From an uncultured delta proteobacterium (GTDB lineage: Bacteria; Myxococcota; Myxococcia; Myxococcales; Myxococcaceae), in NCBI GenBank assembly GCA_963771175.1, contig CAVYSY010000032.1:384001-448000 (forward strand): DNA of 64,000 nucleotides, given 5' to 3'. Positions within the stretch are counted from its first letter, which is position 1; the number at the start of each line of letters is the position of its first letter. The notes below the pieces were generated by a model. That model was not told the origin of the DNA. It was given only the letters and a program-made list of their open reading frames with translations, and did no database searches. The position numbers and the translations under genes are program-made. Positions 42,425 through 53,500 of this stretch are shown one piece after another.

Positions 42425-43918
42425 ATGCCCAAGAGTCTCACCCCGAGCCTGTCGAAGCTGAAGGAGGAGATCGAAGGCTATGCCCGCCAGTTCGGTCTCG
42501 ACTTCTTCGAGACCATCTTCGAGGTCGTCAGCTACGACGAGCTGAACATGGTGGCCTCCTACGGAGGATTCCCCACGCGCTATCCGCACTGGCGCTGGGG
42601 CATGGAGTACGAGCAGCTCTCCAAGGGGTACGAGTACGGGCTCTCGAAAATCTACGAGCTCGTCATCAACAACGACCCCTGCTACGCCTACCTGCAGGAG
42701 AGCAACTCGGACGTGGATCAGAAGCTCGTGATGGCGCACGTGTACGGCCACTGCGACTTCTTCAAGAACAACTTCTCCTTCCGCCACACCAACCGCCGGA
42801 TGATCGACGACATGGCGAACCACGCCACGCGCGTGCGCCGGTGGATCGACAAGATTGGCGTGGAGAAGGTGGAGGACTTCATCGACCGGACGCTGTCGCT
42901 GGAGAACCTCATCGACCAGCACGCTCCGCACATCCGCCGCAACCCGGACCCCAAGCGGGCCGAGGACGAGATGAAGTCCAACGAGCGGGTGGAGGGCTTC
43001 AAGGTGGACCGCGAGTACATGCGCGGCTTCATCAACCCCTCCGAGTTCCTCGACAGCCAGCGCCAGAAGGTGGAGGACGAGAAGCAGCGGGCCAAGAGGT
43101 TCCCCGAGCGCCCCCAGCGCGACGTGCTGCTCTTCCTCCTGGAGCACGCCCCGCTCGAGCCGTGGGAGTCGGACGTCCTCTCCATCATCCGCGACGAGGC
43201 CTACTACTTCGCGCCCCAGGGCCAGACCAAGATCATGAACGAGGGGTGGGCCAGCTACTGGCACTCCACCATCATGACCCGGCGCGCGCTCAAGGATGAG
43301 GAGATCATCGACTACGCGGACCGGCACTCGGGCACCATGGGGACCCGGCCCGGCGCGCTCAACCCGTACAAGCTCGGCATCGAGCTGTGGCGGGACATCG
43401 AGGATCGCTGGAACAAGGGCCGCTTCGGCAAGGAGTGGGACGAGTGCGACGACCTGCGCGCGCGCCGCTCCTGGGACAAGAAGCTGAACGCGGGCCGCGA
43501 GAAGATCTTCGAGGTGCGCAAGCACTACAACGACATCACCTTCATCGACACGTTCCTCACCCCCGAGTTCGCCATCGAGCAGAAGCTGTTCGTCTACGGC
43601 TTCAACGAGAAGCGCAACTCGTGGGAGATCCTCGACCGTGAGTTCCGGAAGGTGAAGAACAAGCTGCTGCAGGGACTCACCAACTTCGGCCAGCCCATCA
43701 TCGAGGTGGTGGACGGCAACCACGAGAACCGGGGCGAGCTGCTGCTGGCGCACAAGCACGACGGGCAGGACCTGAAGGGGGACTACGCCCGCGAGACGCT
43801 GCGCAACCTGCAGTCCCTGTGGCGCCGGCCCACGAGCATCATCACCCGCTACGACAACAAGGGCATGATGCTGCGCTTCGACGGGCAGAACCACACGGAG
43901 AAGAAGATCGAGCTCTGA
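42425..43918 (+). CDS. spoVR: SpoVR/YcgB family protein
   Basis: [36 protein letters not shown] and [13 protein letters not shown]. Confidence 0.95.
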   Translation: MPKSLTPSLSKLKEEIEGYARQFGLDFFETIFEVVSYDELNMVASYGGFPTRYPHWRWGMEYEQLSKGYEYGLSKIYELVINNDPCYAYLQESNSDVDQKLVMAHVYGHCDFFKNNFSFRHTNRRMIDDMANHATRVRRWIDKIGVEKVEDFIDRTLSLENLIDQHAPHIRRNPDPKRAEDEMKSNERVEGFKVDREYMRGFINPSEFLDSQRQKVEDEKQRAKRFPERPQRDVLLFLLEHAPLEPWESDVLSIIRDEAYYFAPQGQTKIMNEGWASYWHSTIMTRRALKDEEIIDYADRHSGTMGTRPGALNPYKLGIELWRDIEDRWNKGRFGKEWDECDDLRARRSWDKKLNAGREKIFEVRKHYNDITFIDTFLTPEFAIEQKLFVYGFNEKRNSWEILDREFRKVKNKLLQGLTNFGQPIIEVVDGNHENRGELLLAHKHDGQDLKGDYARETLRNLQSLWRRPTSIITRYDNKGMMLRFDGQNHTEKKIEL

Positions 43919-44064
43919 GCGGGCCCTGATTTCCGCCTGCTGGCAAAACCACGGCTCCCCTGCACGGGGAGCCCAGCCAGCCAGGCGAGCGCCCGCTGAC
44001 AGGTGGGAATCTTCTGCCGGAAGTTAGGCACAGGCCTGTAGCTCCATTACACTGCGCGGGCTCC

Positions 44065-45231
44065 ATGAGACTCGCCGCTACCGTCCTGTGCCTGGGCGTG
44101 CTGTTCGCCGCGTCCTTCGCCGAAGCCTCCTCCTACTCCGTCAAGAATCGCCGCATCGAGCCGAACCAGCCGCTCGCGGTGGCCTTGCAGGACGCGGGGC
44201 TGCCCCCGGAGCAGGTGGGGGCGCTCATCTCCGCGCTCGAGGGCGTGTTCGACTTCCGCAAGTCGCGGGTGGGAGACCAGTTCCGCCTCGTCATCCGCGG
44301 GGGCGAGCTGGACTTCTTCGACTACCGGCAGAGCACGGTGGACGAGTGGCAGGTGCGCCGCGACGGCGACAAGTTCGTCGGCAGCAAGCGCTCCATCGAG
44401 GTGGAGAAGCAGGTCGCCCTGGTGTCGCTGGAGATCAACAACTCGCTCTACGAGGCGGCGCTGGCCGCGGGCGAGGACCCCGTCATCGGCATGGTGCTGG
44501 CGGACGTGTTCGCCTGGGACATCGACTTCTACCGGGACGTGCGCAAGGGAGACCGGGCGCGGGCGCTGGTGGAGAAGTTCGTCTCCAAGGGCCGCATCCT
44601 CCGCTACGGCGAGGTGCTGGCGGCCACGTACGAGGGCGAGTCGGTGGGCAACAAGCGCGTCTTCCGCTACGAGCTGCCGGACGGGCGGGCGAGCTTCTTC
44701 CAGGAGGACGGCGCGAGCGCGCGCAAGGCCTTCCTGAAGAGCCCGCTGAAGTACGCGCACGTCACCAGCCGCTTCGGCAGCCGCGTGCACCCGGTGCTCA
44801 AGTACGTGAAGGCGCACAACGGCGTGGACTACGCGGCCGCCATCGGCACCCCGGTGTGGTCCGTGGCCGACGGCACCGTCACCGTGGCCCACAACACCGG
44901 GGCCGGCGGCAACACCGTCTGCGTGCGGCACGCCAACGCCTTCGAGACGTGCTACCTCCACCTGTCGAAGTACGGCTCCGGCGTGCGCGTGGGCGCCCGG
45001 GTGAGCCAGAAGCAGGTCATCGCCTACTCGGGCAACACGGGCCGCAGCACCGGCCCCCACCTGCACTACGCCCTCAAGCGCAACGGCGGCCACGTCAATC
45101 CGCTCAACCAGAATTTCCCGCGCACGGAGCCGCTGCCCAAGAGCCTCCTGGCCGACTTCCGCGCCAAGGTTTCCCCTCTGGCCCAGCAGCTCGACGCCGT
45201 CTCCGTGGCCGCCGTGGCCGCCCAGAAGTAG
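44065..45231 (+). CDS. M23 peptidoglycan endopeptidase (MepM-like)
   Basis: Signal peptide, HNGVDYAA, YLHLS and STGPHLHY. Confidence 0.92.
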   Translation: MRLAATVLCLGVLFAASFAEASSYSVKNRRIEPNQPLAVALQDAGLPPEQVGALISALEGVFDFRKSRVGDQFRLVIRGGELDFFDYRQSTVDEWQVRRDGDKFVGSKRSIEVEKQVALVSLEINNSLYEAALAAGEDPVIGMVLADVFAWDIDFYRDVRKGDRARALVEKFVSKGRILRYGEVLAATYEGESVGNKRVFRYELPDGRASFFQEDGASARKAFLKSPLKYAHVTSRFGSRVHPVLKYVKAHNGVDYAAAIGTPVWSVADGTVTVAHNTGAGGNTVCVRHANAFETCYLHLSKYGSGVRVGARVSQKQVIAYSGNTGRSTGPHLHYALKRNGGHVNPLNQNFPRTEPLPKSLLADFRAKVSPLAQQLDAVSVAAVAAQK

Positions 45232-45392
45232 GTTCTTCCAGGGCTGTCCGCCTGACCTCGGCTGTAGGGTCCTCCGTGCCCTCCCCTCTCGGGGCGCCCG
45301 CGTCTCGCGGGTGTGCCCCCTGCGCACGGCGTGACCTGTCTGATAGGATGGACCGTTACCCCCCCTCGTAACCCCCCATCCCCCCAGATCGC

Positions 45393-46469
45393 ATGTCCGC
45401 TATCGCCGAGTTCATCCATACCTCCGAGGAGCTCCACCGCGGGCTCTCCCGGATCAGTGACGAGTTGCAGCAAGGCCTCCCGGAGCGCCTCGCGCGCTTC
45501 CCGAGAGATCCCCAGCAGCGCCAGGCCATGCAGGAAGAGCAGCGCGAGCTGCTGCACCGGCGCATCCCCGAGGTGACCGCCTGGCTGGACAGCATCTACG
45601 TCCGGCTCACGGAGCTGGACGCCAGCTTCACGGAAGAGGAGCGCGAGCGCGCGCTCGAGCACCACCACTCGGCCGTGCAGCCCTTCTTCCTGCAGTCCCC
45701 CTTCGTCCGGCGCGCCGTGGACAAGCCCCTGGGCTACCCCGGGGACTACGTGACGGTGGAGATGGTCTTCGGCAGCGAGGATCAGGGCGTCTCCACCCTG
45801 GCGCGGCTGCTCTCCCACTACGCGCTCAACTGCGGGCCGGCCCAGGCGCACCGGGCCCGGCCGCCCTGGCTGCTCGGCCACATGCGCCGGCGGGAGCAGG
45901 AGCTGGGACGCCCCCTGCGCATCATGTCCTTCGCGTGCGGGCCCGAGCACACCCTGCGCGAGCACACCTCCCTGGGGGGCACGGGCTCCTTCATCCTGTG
46001 CGACTTCGATCCCGCCCCGCTCGACTACTGCCGCCGGCAGTTCGAGAAGCTGGCGCGCATGCCCCGCGGGGGCGTCCCCTCTCCGCAGCTTCGCTTCGTC
46101 CAGCTCTCCACCTACCAGCTCATCCGCCAGCGGGACTCCCTGGACAAGCTCCGCCATCCCGACGGCCCCCTGGACGTGGTGGTGGCGGCGGGCATCCTCG
46201 ACTACCTGAAGGACAACGTCATCTCCCGCTTCCTGGACATGATGGCCTCGCTGCTCGGTCCCGGCGGGCTGCTGCTGCTCACCAACCTGCACGACCAGAA
46301 CCCCTGGCGGTCCTTCATGACGTACGTGGGCGACTGGAACGTGTACCACCGCTCGCGCGAGCAGTTCCAAGCGCTCTGTGAGGGCACCCCCGAGCGGAAG
46401 ATGGGCACGTTCGAGCTCACCACCGACCCGTCCGGCACCAACCTCTTCTGGGCCGGCCAGAAGCGCTGA
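45393..46469 (+). CDS. Class I SAM-dependent methyltransferase, PhcB-like
   Basis: KPLGYPGDY, AHRAR, SFACGP motif I, AGILDYL and LGPGG. Confidence 0.72.
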   Translation: MSAIAEFIHTSEELHRGLSRISDELQQGLPERLARFPRDPQQRQAMQEEQRELLHRRIPEVTAWLDSIYVRLTELDASFTEEERERALEHHHSAVQPFFLQSPFVRRAVDKPLGYPGDYVTVEMVFGSEDQGVSTLARLLSHYALNCGPAQAHRARPPWLLGHMRRREQELGRPLRIMSFACGPEHTLREHTSLGGTGSFILCDFDPAPLDYCRRQFEKLARMPRGGVPSPQLRFVQLSTYQLIRQRDSLDKLRHPDGPLDVVVAAGILDYLKDNVISRFLDMMASLLGPGGLLLLTNLHDQNPWRSFMTYVGDWNVYHRSREQFQALCEGTPERKMGTFELTTDPSGTNLFWAGQKR

Positions 46470-46487
46470 GCCACGCCGGGAAGGCGA

Positions 46488-47073
46488 TCACCACTCCAGC
46501 AGGTACTCGGCGTGGTCCAGGGCGATCGCCTTCCCCGTCACCTTGCCGCTGCCACACAGCACGCGAAGGACCTCGGAGAGGCTGCCCTCGTGGAACTGCA
46601 CGGGCTGCATGTCCCCGCGGAAGATGACGAGCCCCCGGTTGCTCCCGAGGTCCTGGAACTCGCGCGTGCCGTAGCTCACCAGCGTCGAGTACACCGTCCC
46701 CACCGTGGAGAGGGCCCGCCGGGGCTCTCCCATGCCGATGAGCTTCATCAGCGTGTTGCCCACGTAGGAGTTGAAGAAGCCCGTCACCGTGGAGAGCCCC
46801 ACAGGCCCGGAAGGCATCCTCCACGCTGGGGTACTGCGGCTCCAGCACGTCCGCGGCCGTGTAGAGCAGCCGCAGGAAGTCCGCCACCGGGTAGGAGAAG
46901 AAGTCCACCGGCATCTTCGCGCCCCGAAGCTGCAGCAGGATGCGATCCACGCCCGCGGTGCCCGTGCGCTGCTCCACCAGCCCGTACACGGACTTGAAGA
47001 TGAAGCCTCGGACGGTGTCCTCGGGCTTGCAGATCGCAATCCGCTGAGCGAGTTCGTTCTTGTCGCTGGGCAT
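46488..47073 (-). CDS. DUF2378 (TIGR02265) myxobacterial family protein (frameshift near 46805)
   Basis: PEDTVRGFIF, DFFSYPVADFLRLL, then VSYGTR...FHEG in the second frame. Confidence 0.82.
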
Positions 47074-47345
47074 GAAGGAACCTTCCGGGTTCCGAGTGGG
47101 GGGCAGAACCTGGGTGCTCCTGCTTCCTACCAGAGTCCTCGCCCGATCGGCAGGACTCTACACACCCTATCCTCGTGCGCCACGAGGCATGTCCGCCCCC
47201 ATGGCGTGCACTCGCGGCTCCCGAGTGCCCGCTCGCCCTGGGAGCACGCGTTTTTCTTTCGGTGCGAGCGGGTTGCCCGACGGGATACCCTAGCGAGCCC
47301 ATCTGTTCTCTTGGGTCAACCTGATTTCCTCGAAGAGCGCCCCGA

Positions 47346-49862
47346 ATGTCCAACCTCGCCCCCATCGCCGATCTGCCGCACACCTCCGCGTCCGACACAC
47401 ACGACACGGGGCGTGAGCCCAGCCGCACCGGGTTGGATCCGCACAACGTCCGCCACGGCTTTCTCCAGCATGTGCGCTACTCGCGCGGCAAGAACCCGGA
47501 GACGGCCACCGCCCACGACCGCTTCATGGCCCTGGCGCTCGCTGTGCGCGACCGGCTCGCCGACCGCTGGGTCCGCACCGCGCGCACCTACTACGAGCAG
47601 GACGTCAAGCGCGCCTACTACCTCAGCGCCGAGTACCTATTAGGTCGTGCGCTGGGCAACAACCTCATCAACATCGGCATGTACGAGGCCGCCGAGCAGG
47701 CCATGCGCGAGGTGGGCGTGGACCTGAGCACGCTCGTCGAGATGGAGCCGGACGCGGGCCTCGGCAACGGTGGCCTGGGGCGGCTCGCGGCGTGCTTCCT
47801 CGACTCGCTGGCCACGCTCGGCTACCCCGGCACGGGGTACGGCATCCGCTACGAGTTCGGCATCTTCACCCAGGACATCGTCGACGGCTACCAGGTGGAG
47901 CGCGCCGACGAGTGGCTGAAGTTCGGCAACCCCTGGGAGATCGTCCGGCCGGAGAAGGCGGTGCCGGTGCGCTTCTTCGGGCGCGTGGAGCACCACCAGG
48001 GCGCCGACGGCCGGCCCGTGGCTCGCTGGGTGGGCGGCAAGACGGTCATCGGCGTGCCCTACGACACGCCCATCGCCGGCTACGGCAACAACACCGTCAA
48101 CACCCTGCGGCTGTGGCAGGCGCGCGCCAGCGAGGAGTTCGACCTGCTGCTCTTCAACGCCGGTGACTACGAGCGCTCGGTGGTGGAGAAGAACGACTCG
48201 GAGGTCATCTCCAAGGTCCTCTACCCCAACGACGCCTTCCAGGCCGGCAAGGAGCTGCGCCTCAAGCAGCAGTACTTCTTCGTGGCCTGCTCCATCGCGG
48301 ACATCGTCCGGCGCTACCTGAAGAAACACACGGACTTCCGCGACTTCCCCAACAAGGCGGCCATCCAGCTCAACGACACCCACCCGGCCATCGCCGTGGC
48401 CGAGCTGATGCGCGTGTTCGTGGACGAGAAGCGCCTCAACTGGGACGAGGCCTTCGCGATCACCCAGGCCACCTTCGGCTACACCAACCACACGCTCCTG
48501 GCCGAGGCCATGGAGAAGTGGCCCGCCACGCTCTTCGAGCGCCTGCTGCCGCGCCACCTGGAAATCATCTACGAGATCAACCACCGCTTCCTGCGGCAGG
48601 TGCAGATCCGCTACCCGTTCGATCATGACCGGATGCGGCGGCTGAGCCTGGTGGAGGAGGGCCCGGAGAAGAAGATCCGCATGGCGCACCTGGCGGTGGT
48701 GGGCAGCCACAGCGTCAACGGCGTGGCCGAGCTGCACACCGACCTGCTGCGGCGCGACGTGCTGTCGGACTTCGCGGAGCTGTACCCCGAGCGGTTCAAC
48801 AACAAGACCAACGGGGTGACGCCGCGGCGCTGGCTGGCGTGGTGCAACCCGCGGCTGTCCAAGCTGATCACCAGCCGCATCGGTGGCGGCTGGGCGACGG
48901 ACCTGGATCAGCTCCAGAAGCTGGCGCCGCACGCGGAGGACCCCGCGTTCCGCAAGGCCTTCGCCGAGGTGAAGAAGCAGAACAAGGAGGACCTCTCGCG
49001 CTACCTGAGGGACCTCTGCTGGGTGGACCTGAACCCGAACGCCATCTTCGACGTGCAGATCAAGCGTCTGCACGAGTACAAGCGCCAGCTCCTCAACGCG
49101 GTGCACATCGTGTCGCTGTGGATGAAGGCGCGCAGGGACCCCGCCACCATCATCGCGCCGCGGGTGTTCCTCTTCGGGGCCAAGGCGGCGCCGGGCTACG
49201 TCGAGGCCAAGCTCATCATCCGCCTCATCAACGGCATCGCCGAGGTGGTCAACAGCGACGCGGGCACCACGGGCCTGCAGGTGCTGTTCGTCCCCAACTA
49301 CCGGGTGAGCCTCGCCGAGCGCATCATCCCGGCCACCGACGTGTCCGAGCAGATTTCGACCGCGGGCATGGAGGCCTCCGGCACGGGCAACATGAAGTTC
49401 ATGATGAACGGCGCGCTCACGCTGGGCACGCTGGACGGAGCGAACGTCGAAATCCGCCAGGCGGTGGGCGACGACAACTTCTTCCTCTTCGGCCTCACGG
49501 CGGACGAGGTCATCGCCCGCAAGCGCGCCGGCTACCGGCCGCGTGAGGAGTACGAGCGCAACGTCGAGCTGCGCGAGGCGCTGGATCTCATCTCCTCGGG
49601 CTTCTTCTCGCCGGAGGACAAGAACCTCTTCAAGCCGCTGGTGGACGGCCTGCTGAACGAGGACCGCTACCTCGTGCTGGCGGACTTCGCCTCGTACGCG
49701 GCGAAGCAGGAGGAGGTGGCGCGGGCCTACAAGGACCAGGAGACCTGGACGCGCAAGACCATCCTCAACGTGGCGCAGTCGGGCATCTTCTCCTCGGACC
49801 GCACCATCAAGCAGTACGCCGAGGAGATCTGGCAGGTGAAGCAGACGCCCGTGGGGCAGTGA
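47346..49862 (+). CDS. glgP: Glycogen/alpha-glucan phosphorylase
   Basis: GLGNGGLGRLAACF, QLNDTHP, KRLHEYKRQ and PLP lysine in EASGTGNMKF. Confidence 0.97.
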   Translation: MSNLAPIADLPHTSASDTHDTGREPSRTGLDPHNVRHGFLQHVRYSRGKNPETATAHDRFMALALAVRDRLADRWVRTARTYYEQDVKRAYYLSAEYLLGRALGNNLINIGMYEAAEQAMREVGVDLSTLVEMEPDAGLGNGGLGRLAACFLDSLATLGYPGTGYGIRYEFGIFTQDIVDGYQVERADEWLKFGNPWEIVRPEKAVPVRFFGRVEHHQGADGRPVARWVGGKTVIGVPYDTPIAGYGNNTVNTLRLWQARASEEFDLLLFNAGDYERSVVEKNDSEVISKVLYPNDAFQAGKELRLKQQYFFVACSIADIVRRYLKKHTDFRDFPNKAAIQLNDTHPAIAVAELMRVFVDEKRLNWDEAFAITQATFGYTNHTLLAEAMEKWPATLFERLLPRHLEIIYEINHRFLRQVQIRYPFDHDRMRRLSLVEEGPEKKIRMAHLAVVGSHSVNGVAELHTDLLRRDVLSDFAELYPERFNNKTNGVTPRRWLAWCNPRLSKLITSRIGGGWATDLDQLQKLAPHAEDPAFRKAFAEVKKQNKEDLSRYLRDLCWVDLNPNAIFDVQIKRLHEYKRQLLNAVHIVSLWMKARRDPATIIAPRVFLFGAKAAPGYVEAKLIIRLINGIAEVVNSDAGTTGLQVLFVPNYRVSLAERIIPATDVSEQISTAGMEASGTGNMKFMMNGALTLGTLDGANVEIRQAVGDDNFFLFGLTADEVIARKRAGYRPREEYERNVELREALDLISSGFFSPEDKNLFKPLVDGLLNEDRYLVLADFASYAAKQEEVARAYKDQETWTRKTILNVAQSGIFSSDRTIKQYAEEIWQVKQTPVGQ

Positions 49863-49926
49863 GCCGCTGATACGCCGGGTGCCCGCGGTGCGCTGTCGCC
49901 GCGGGCCCCCTCCCCTCTCCGAGCGC

Positions 49927-50379
49927 TCAACCGGCCTTGATGCCGGGCAGCCCGAAGTGATGCCGGATGCGCTCGGCCTCGGAGCCGAGCCCGGCCTCCT
50001 CCAGCCTGGCCGTCACGAACCGCACGGCCGAGTCCATGTCGGCCACGGCGGCATACGGCATGGGCAGGGGCTTGAGGTAGAAGATGAGGCTCACCGCCAG
50101 CCGGATGGGCGCCGAGGTGAGGAGGTTGGCGCTGCCGAGCACCCACTCACGCAGGGCGGCCTCGTGCTGGCGGATCCACTCGGCCTGCATGTGGCGTTGG
50201 GCGGCCGAGGGCAGGCCGGCCTGACCCATGTCCGAGATGGTGACGTACTTCTCCCCTCGCTCCACGTAGTAGGTGGACCGGACGAGGTACTCCTCGAACT
50301 GCTTGTCCGTCATCGTGCCGGTTATCCGGAGCGTGAGCAGAGGCCAGAGCGAATCGTCGAAGGTAATGATGGCGCTCAT
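49927..50379 (-). CDS. Hypothetical protein, myxobacterial STAS/SpoIIAA-like family
   Basis: MSAIITFDDSLWPLL...QAEWI..H; coding-like codon bias; AAGGA RBS. Confidence 0.6.
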   Translation of the reverse strand: MSAIITFDDSLWPLLTLRITGTMTDKQFEEYLVRSTYYVERGEKYVTISDMGQAGLPSAAQRHMQAEWIRQHEAALREWVLGSANLLTSAPIRLAVSLIFYLKPLPMPYAAVADMDSAVRFVTARLEEAGLGSEAERIRHHFGLPGIKAG

Positions 50380-50443
50380 GCCAGATTCCTTTTCGTTCAA
50401 CCCGGCGAGCAGGCGCGGCCTTCCCGGTGACGGTGCGGGGCCC

Positions 50444-50483
50444 AAGAGAAGAGGCCGCCCCTGTGTGCCCGGGACGGCCTCTT
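50444..50483 (-). terminator. Intrinsic terminator after the giant surface protein gene
   Basis: AAGAGGCCG...CGGCCTCTT stem with a pyrimidine-rich tail on the minus strand. Confidence 0.55.
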
Positions 50484-50505
50484 GGAGCTTCAGTGGGACG
50501 AGTGA

Positions 50506-53500
50506 CTACTGGGCTTCAATGGCGCTCGTGGAGCCCTGCGGCTGGCGCGCGGTGCGCGTGACGAAGTCCGTCGAGTTGTTGTCGCTGTCGTATCCGTTGC
50601 CGCTGTTGGCGTCGCCGCCACCCACCGCCATGGTCGTCGAGGTCGAGGTGGAGACCGCCTTGCGCTCGAGGCTGCCACCCGCGGCGGGGTGAGCAGGCGC
50701 CGCCGAGCCCTCGGGCGAGTTCCCGGTGCCGAAAGCCAGCTTGTCCACGGTCTTCGGGTCGTCGACGATGGTCCCGAGACCCGGGCCGATGCGGATGTGA
50801 CCGCCGCCCGTGGTCGACGCCGACGTGTCGAATATGTAGCTGACGTCCTTGGTCGCCGAACCACTGTAGTTCGCGCCCACGAGCAGGAAGTACCCCCTGG
50901 CCTTGATGATCGTCGACCCGGTGAGCACGGTGCTCGCGTTGATGGTGACCGAATTGCTGTAGGACGTGCCCGTGGCGGACTTGTACTGCACCGTCCACCC
51001 GTTCAGGTCCACCGGGCTGTTGGTCGGGTTGTACAGCTCGATGAACTCGTCCGTAGCGGCGGAACCGGAACCATTGCCTCCAGAGAACTCGCTGATGACC
51101 ACGTGGTTCGTCAGCTCGGGAGGGAAGACCGTCACGGTGCCGTAGTTGCCGGCCGGCGGAGTCACGGCCCCGCTCTGGTCGCAATACGTGTAGGGCGAGT
51201 AGGTGCCCGTGGCCGGATCCAGAATCCGGTAGCGGAACCCGTATTTGTACATGCCCGCGATGGGGATGCTCAGCGTCCCCTTCACCTCGTCGTCGTTGCT
51301 GGACGCGCTGGAGTAAGCGGCATTGGGGTTCGCCGACGTCCACGTCCAGCCCGCCGGGTTGGTGGCGTCCGTGCCGTAGCCCAGCTCGGCGAAGACATGC
51401 GGGTAGTGGTCGTTGCCCTTCGTGTTCCTGTCGGTGAGGCCCGGCTCGTAGAACTGGCTGAAGATGGTCCACGAGGAGCCGGGAAGAACGGAGGCCGGGT
51501 AGACTCCATCCCCCGACGGGAACGTCTTCGGGTACTGGATGGCGCAGTAGTCCACGGGCGCGCCGGGCGCGATGCCGCACGAGGAGTTGGTGGCGTTGGG
51601 CGTCCCGTAGTCGCCGCCCGAGAGCAGCGCCGTCAGCTCGGAGTCACACCAGTACCAGGAGCGCGCGTTGGCCCGCGTCCCCACCACGAGCGACGAGAGG
51701 TTCATCGCGCGGCCCGTCGTCTGCGGGAAGCTCGTGGTGTACGTGAAGTCCTCCACCATGGTGCCGCCACTGACGAGCTGGATCTGCCCCGACTTGTCCA
51801 GGTCGATGGCCGAGCCGTACGCGAAGTCGGCGGAGACGCCACCATTGGTGGCCAGGTCCTTGTTCTGCGCCAGGACGAAGGTGCCCTTGCCGGTGAGGAC
51901 CACCGGCACGCTGCCGGAGCCCACCGTGAAGGACCCCAGGGTGGTACCGACACTGGACCGGAAGAAGACCTCGAGGCCGTTGAGGTTGAGCAGGTTGCCC
52001 GTGTTGTTGGTCAGCTCGACGTACTCGGTGGTGCTGGACGAGGACGACGTGTGCATCACCTCGGAGACGCTCAGCGCGTTGGCGCTCGGCTTCGCCGCCG
52101 TGTCACAGGCGCCCATGAAGCAGACGGCGTCGGTGCCCGGACAGGCGGTGGTCGTCTGCGCCTCCTGGCAGGTGGCGGTGTTGCCCACGTCCACGCAGGT
52201 CGACGTGTAGGTGGTGCGCGAGACGCCGTCCGCGGCGCAGATGGGTGCGGTCGCCGTGCAGGTGTACCCGGCGCACGGGTCTACGTTGGTCTTCACGCTC
52301 AGCAGGGAGAGCACGCTCGCGTTACCGACGTCGTCCTTCACCCGCAGCGCGAGGTAGTACGTGGTGTCGGGGCTCAGCCCGGTGATGAGGCCCGAATACA
52401 TGACGCCCGACTCCAGCGGGATAACGGCCACCCCGCTGTCGGAGGCGGAGGCGAACGACGAGTCGTCGATGGGGCTCGTCGAGTAGCGCAGCTCGTAGCT
52501 GGTGGCGGCGCCGGCCATACCGTCATCACCCACGACGTTCCACTGCAGCTCCACCCGGATGCTCGTCTTGCTCACTTCGGAGAGCGACGGAGCGCTCGGC
52601 GCGACGCCATCCACGATGGAGAAGAGGACACTGGAGACGGGGTCGTACGCGCCCCCCGTGGCCTGGAGCTGGAAGCCCGAGCCCTGCTGGTCCACGGAAA
52701 GGGTGGAGAAGGTGGCGATGCCGCCCGAAGGGCTGACCGGCACCATGCCGCCGAGCACGGCCGCGGGGTTGTCGCCACCGACCAGGCTCAGGGAGATCTC
52801 CGGCAACGAGACGTCGACGACGTTGTCGAACAGGTCGGTGACGGCCACGGTCACCGTCCCCAGGGACGCACGCACCGTGGTGGGGCTCCCGGGCTGGCCG
52901 AGGAACGCGAGCTTCGCGGCCGGGCCGGCATTGACCCGGACGGAGGTCCCCGCCGCCAGGAGGGGGTTGGCCAGCTCCTTCACGGACACGGTCTGGTCAT
53001 CGACCTTGGCGGTCTTCAGCGTCACGGAGAAGGACTTGTGGCCGGAATCCCCGGTGACGAACGTGTAGTCGGCGGGGAGGACCGCCTTCGCGTCGCTCGA
53101 CTCGAAGTGGACCGTGCCCGTGTAACCGGTGGCCACGTTCCCGAAGTCGTCCTTCGCGGTCACGTCGACGATGAGCTCGGTGCCCGCGGTCACGGGCCCG
53201 GTGGGCGTCACCGTCATGACGAGCTGCATGGCGGAGGCGTGGGAGACCACCACCGTGTCGGAGCCACTCTTGCCCAGGGCCGAGTCCGTCACGGTGATCG
53301 TGGTGGACTCGGCCTTCTTCACCGTGAAGGAGAAGACGGCGCTGCCCTTGTCCCCCAGGGTGAACGCGTAGTCCGCCGGAACCGTGGCGCCAGTGGGGTT
53401 CGAGGAGAAGCCCACCGTGCCGGTGTAGTCCTCCACGACGTTGTCATGGGCATCGAGCGCGGTGACCTGAGCCGTGAACGGGTCGCCCGCCTTCGCGGAG

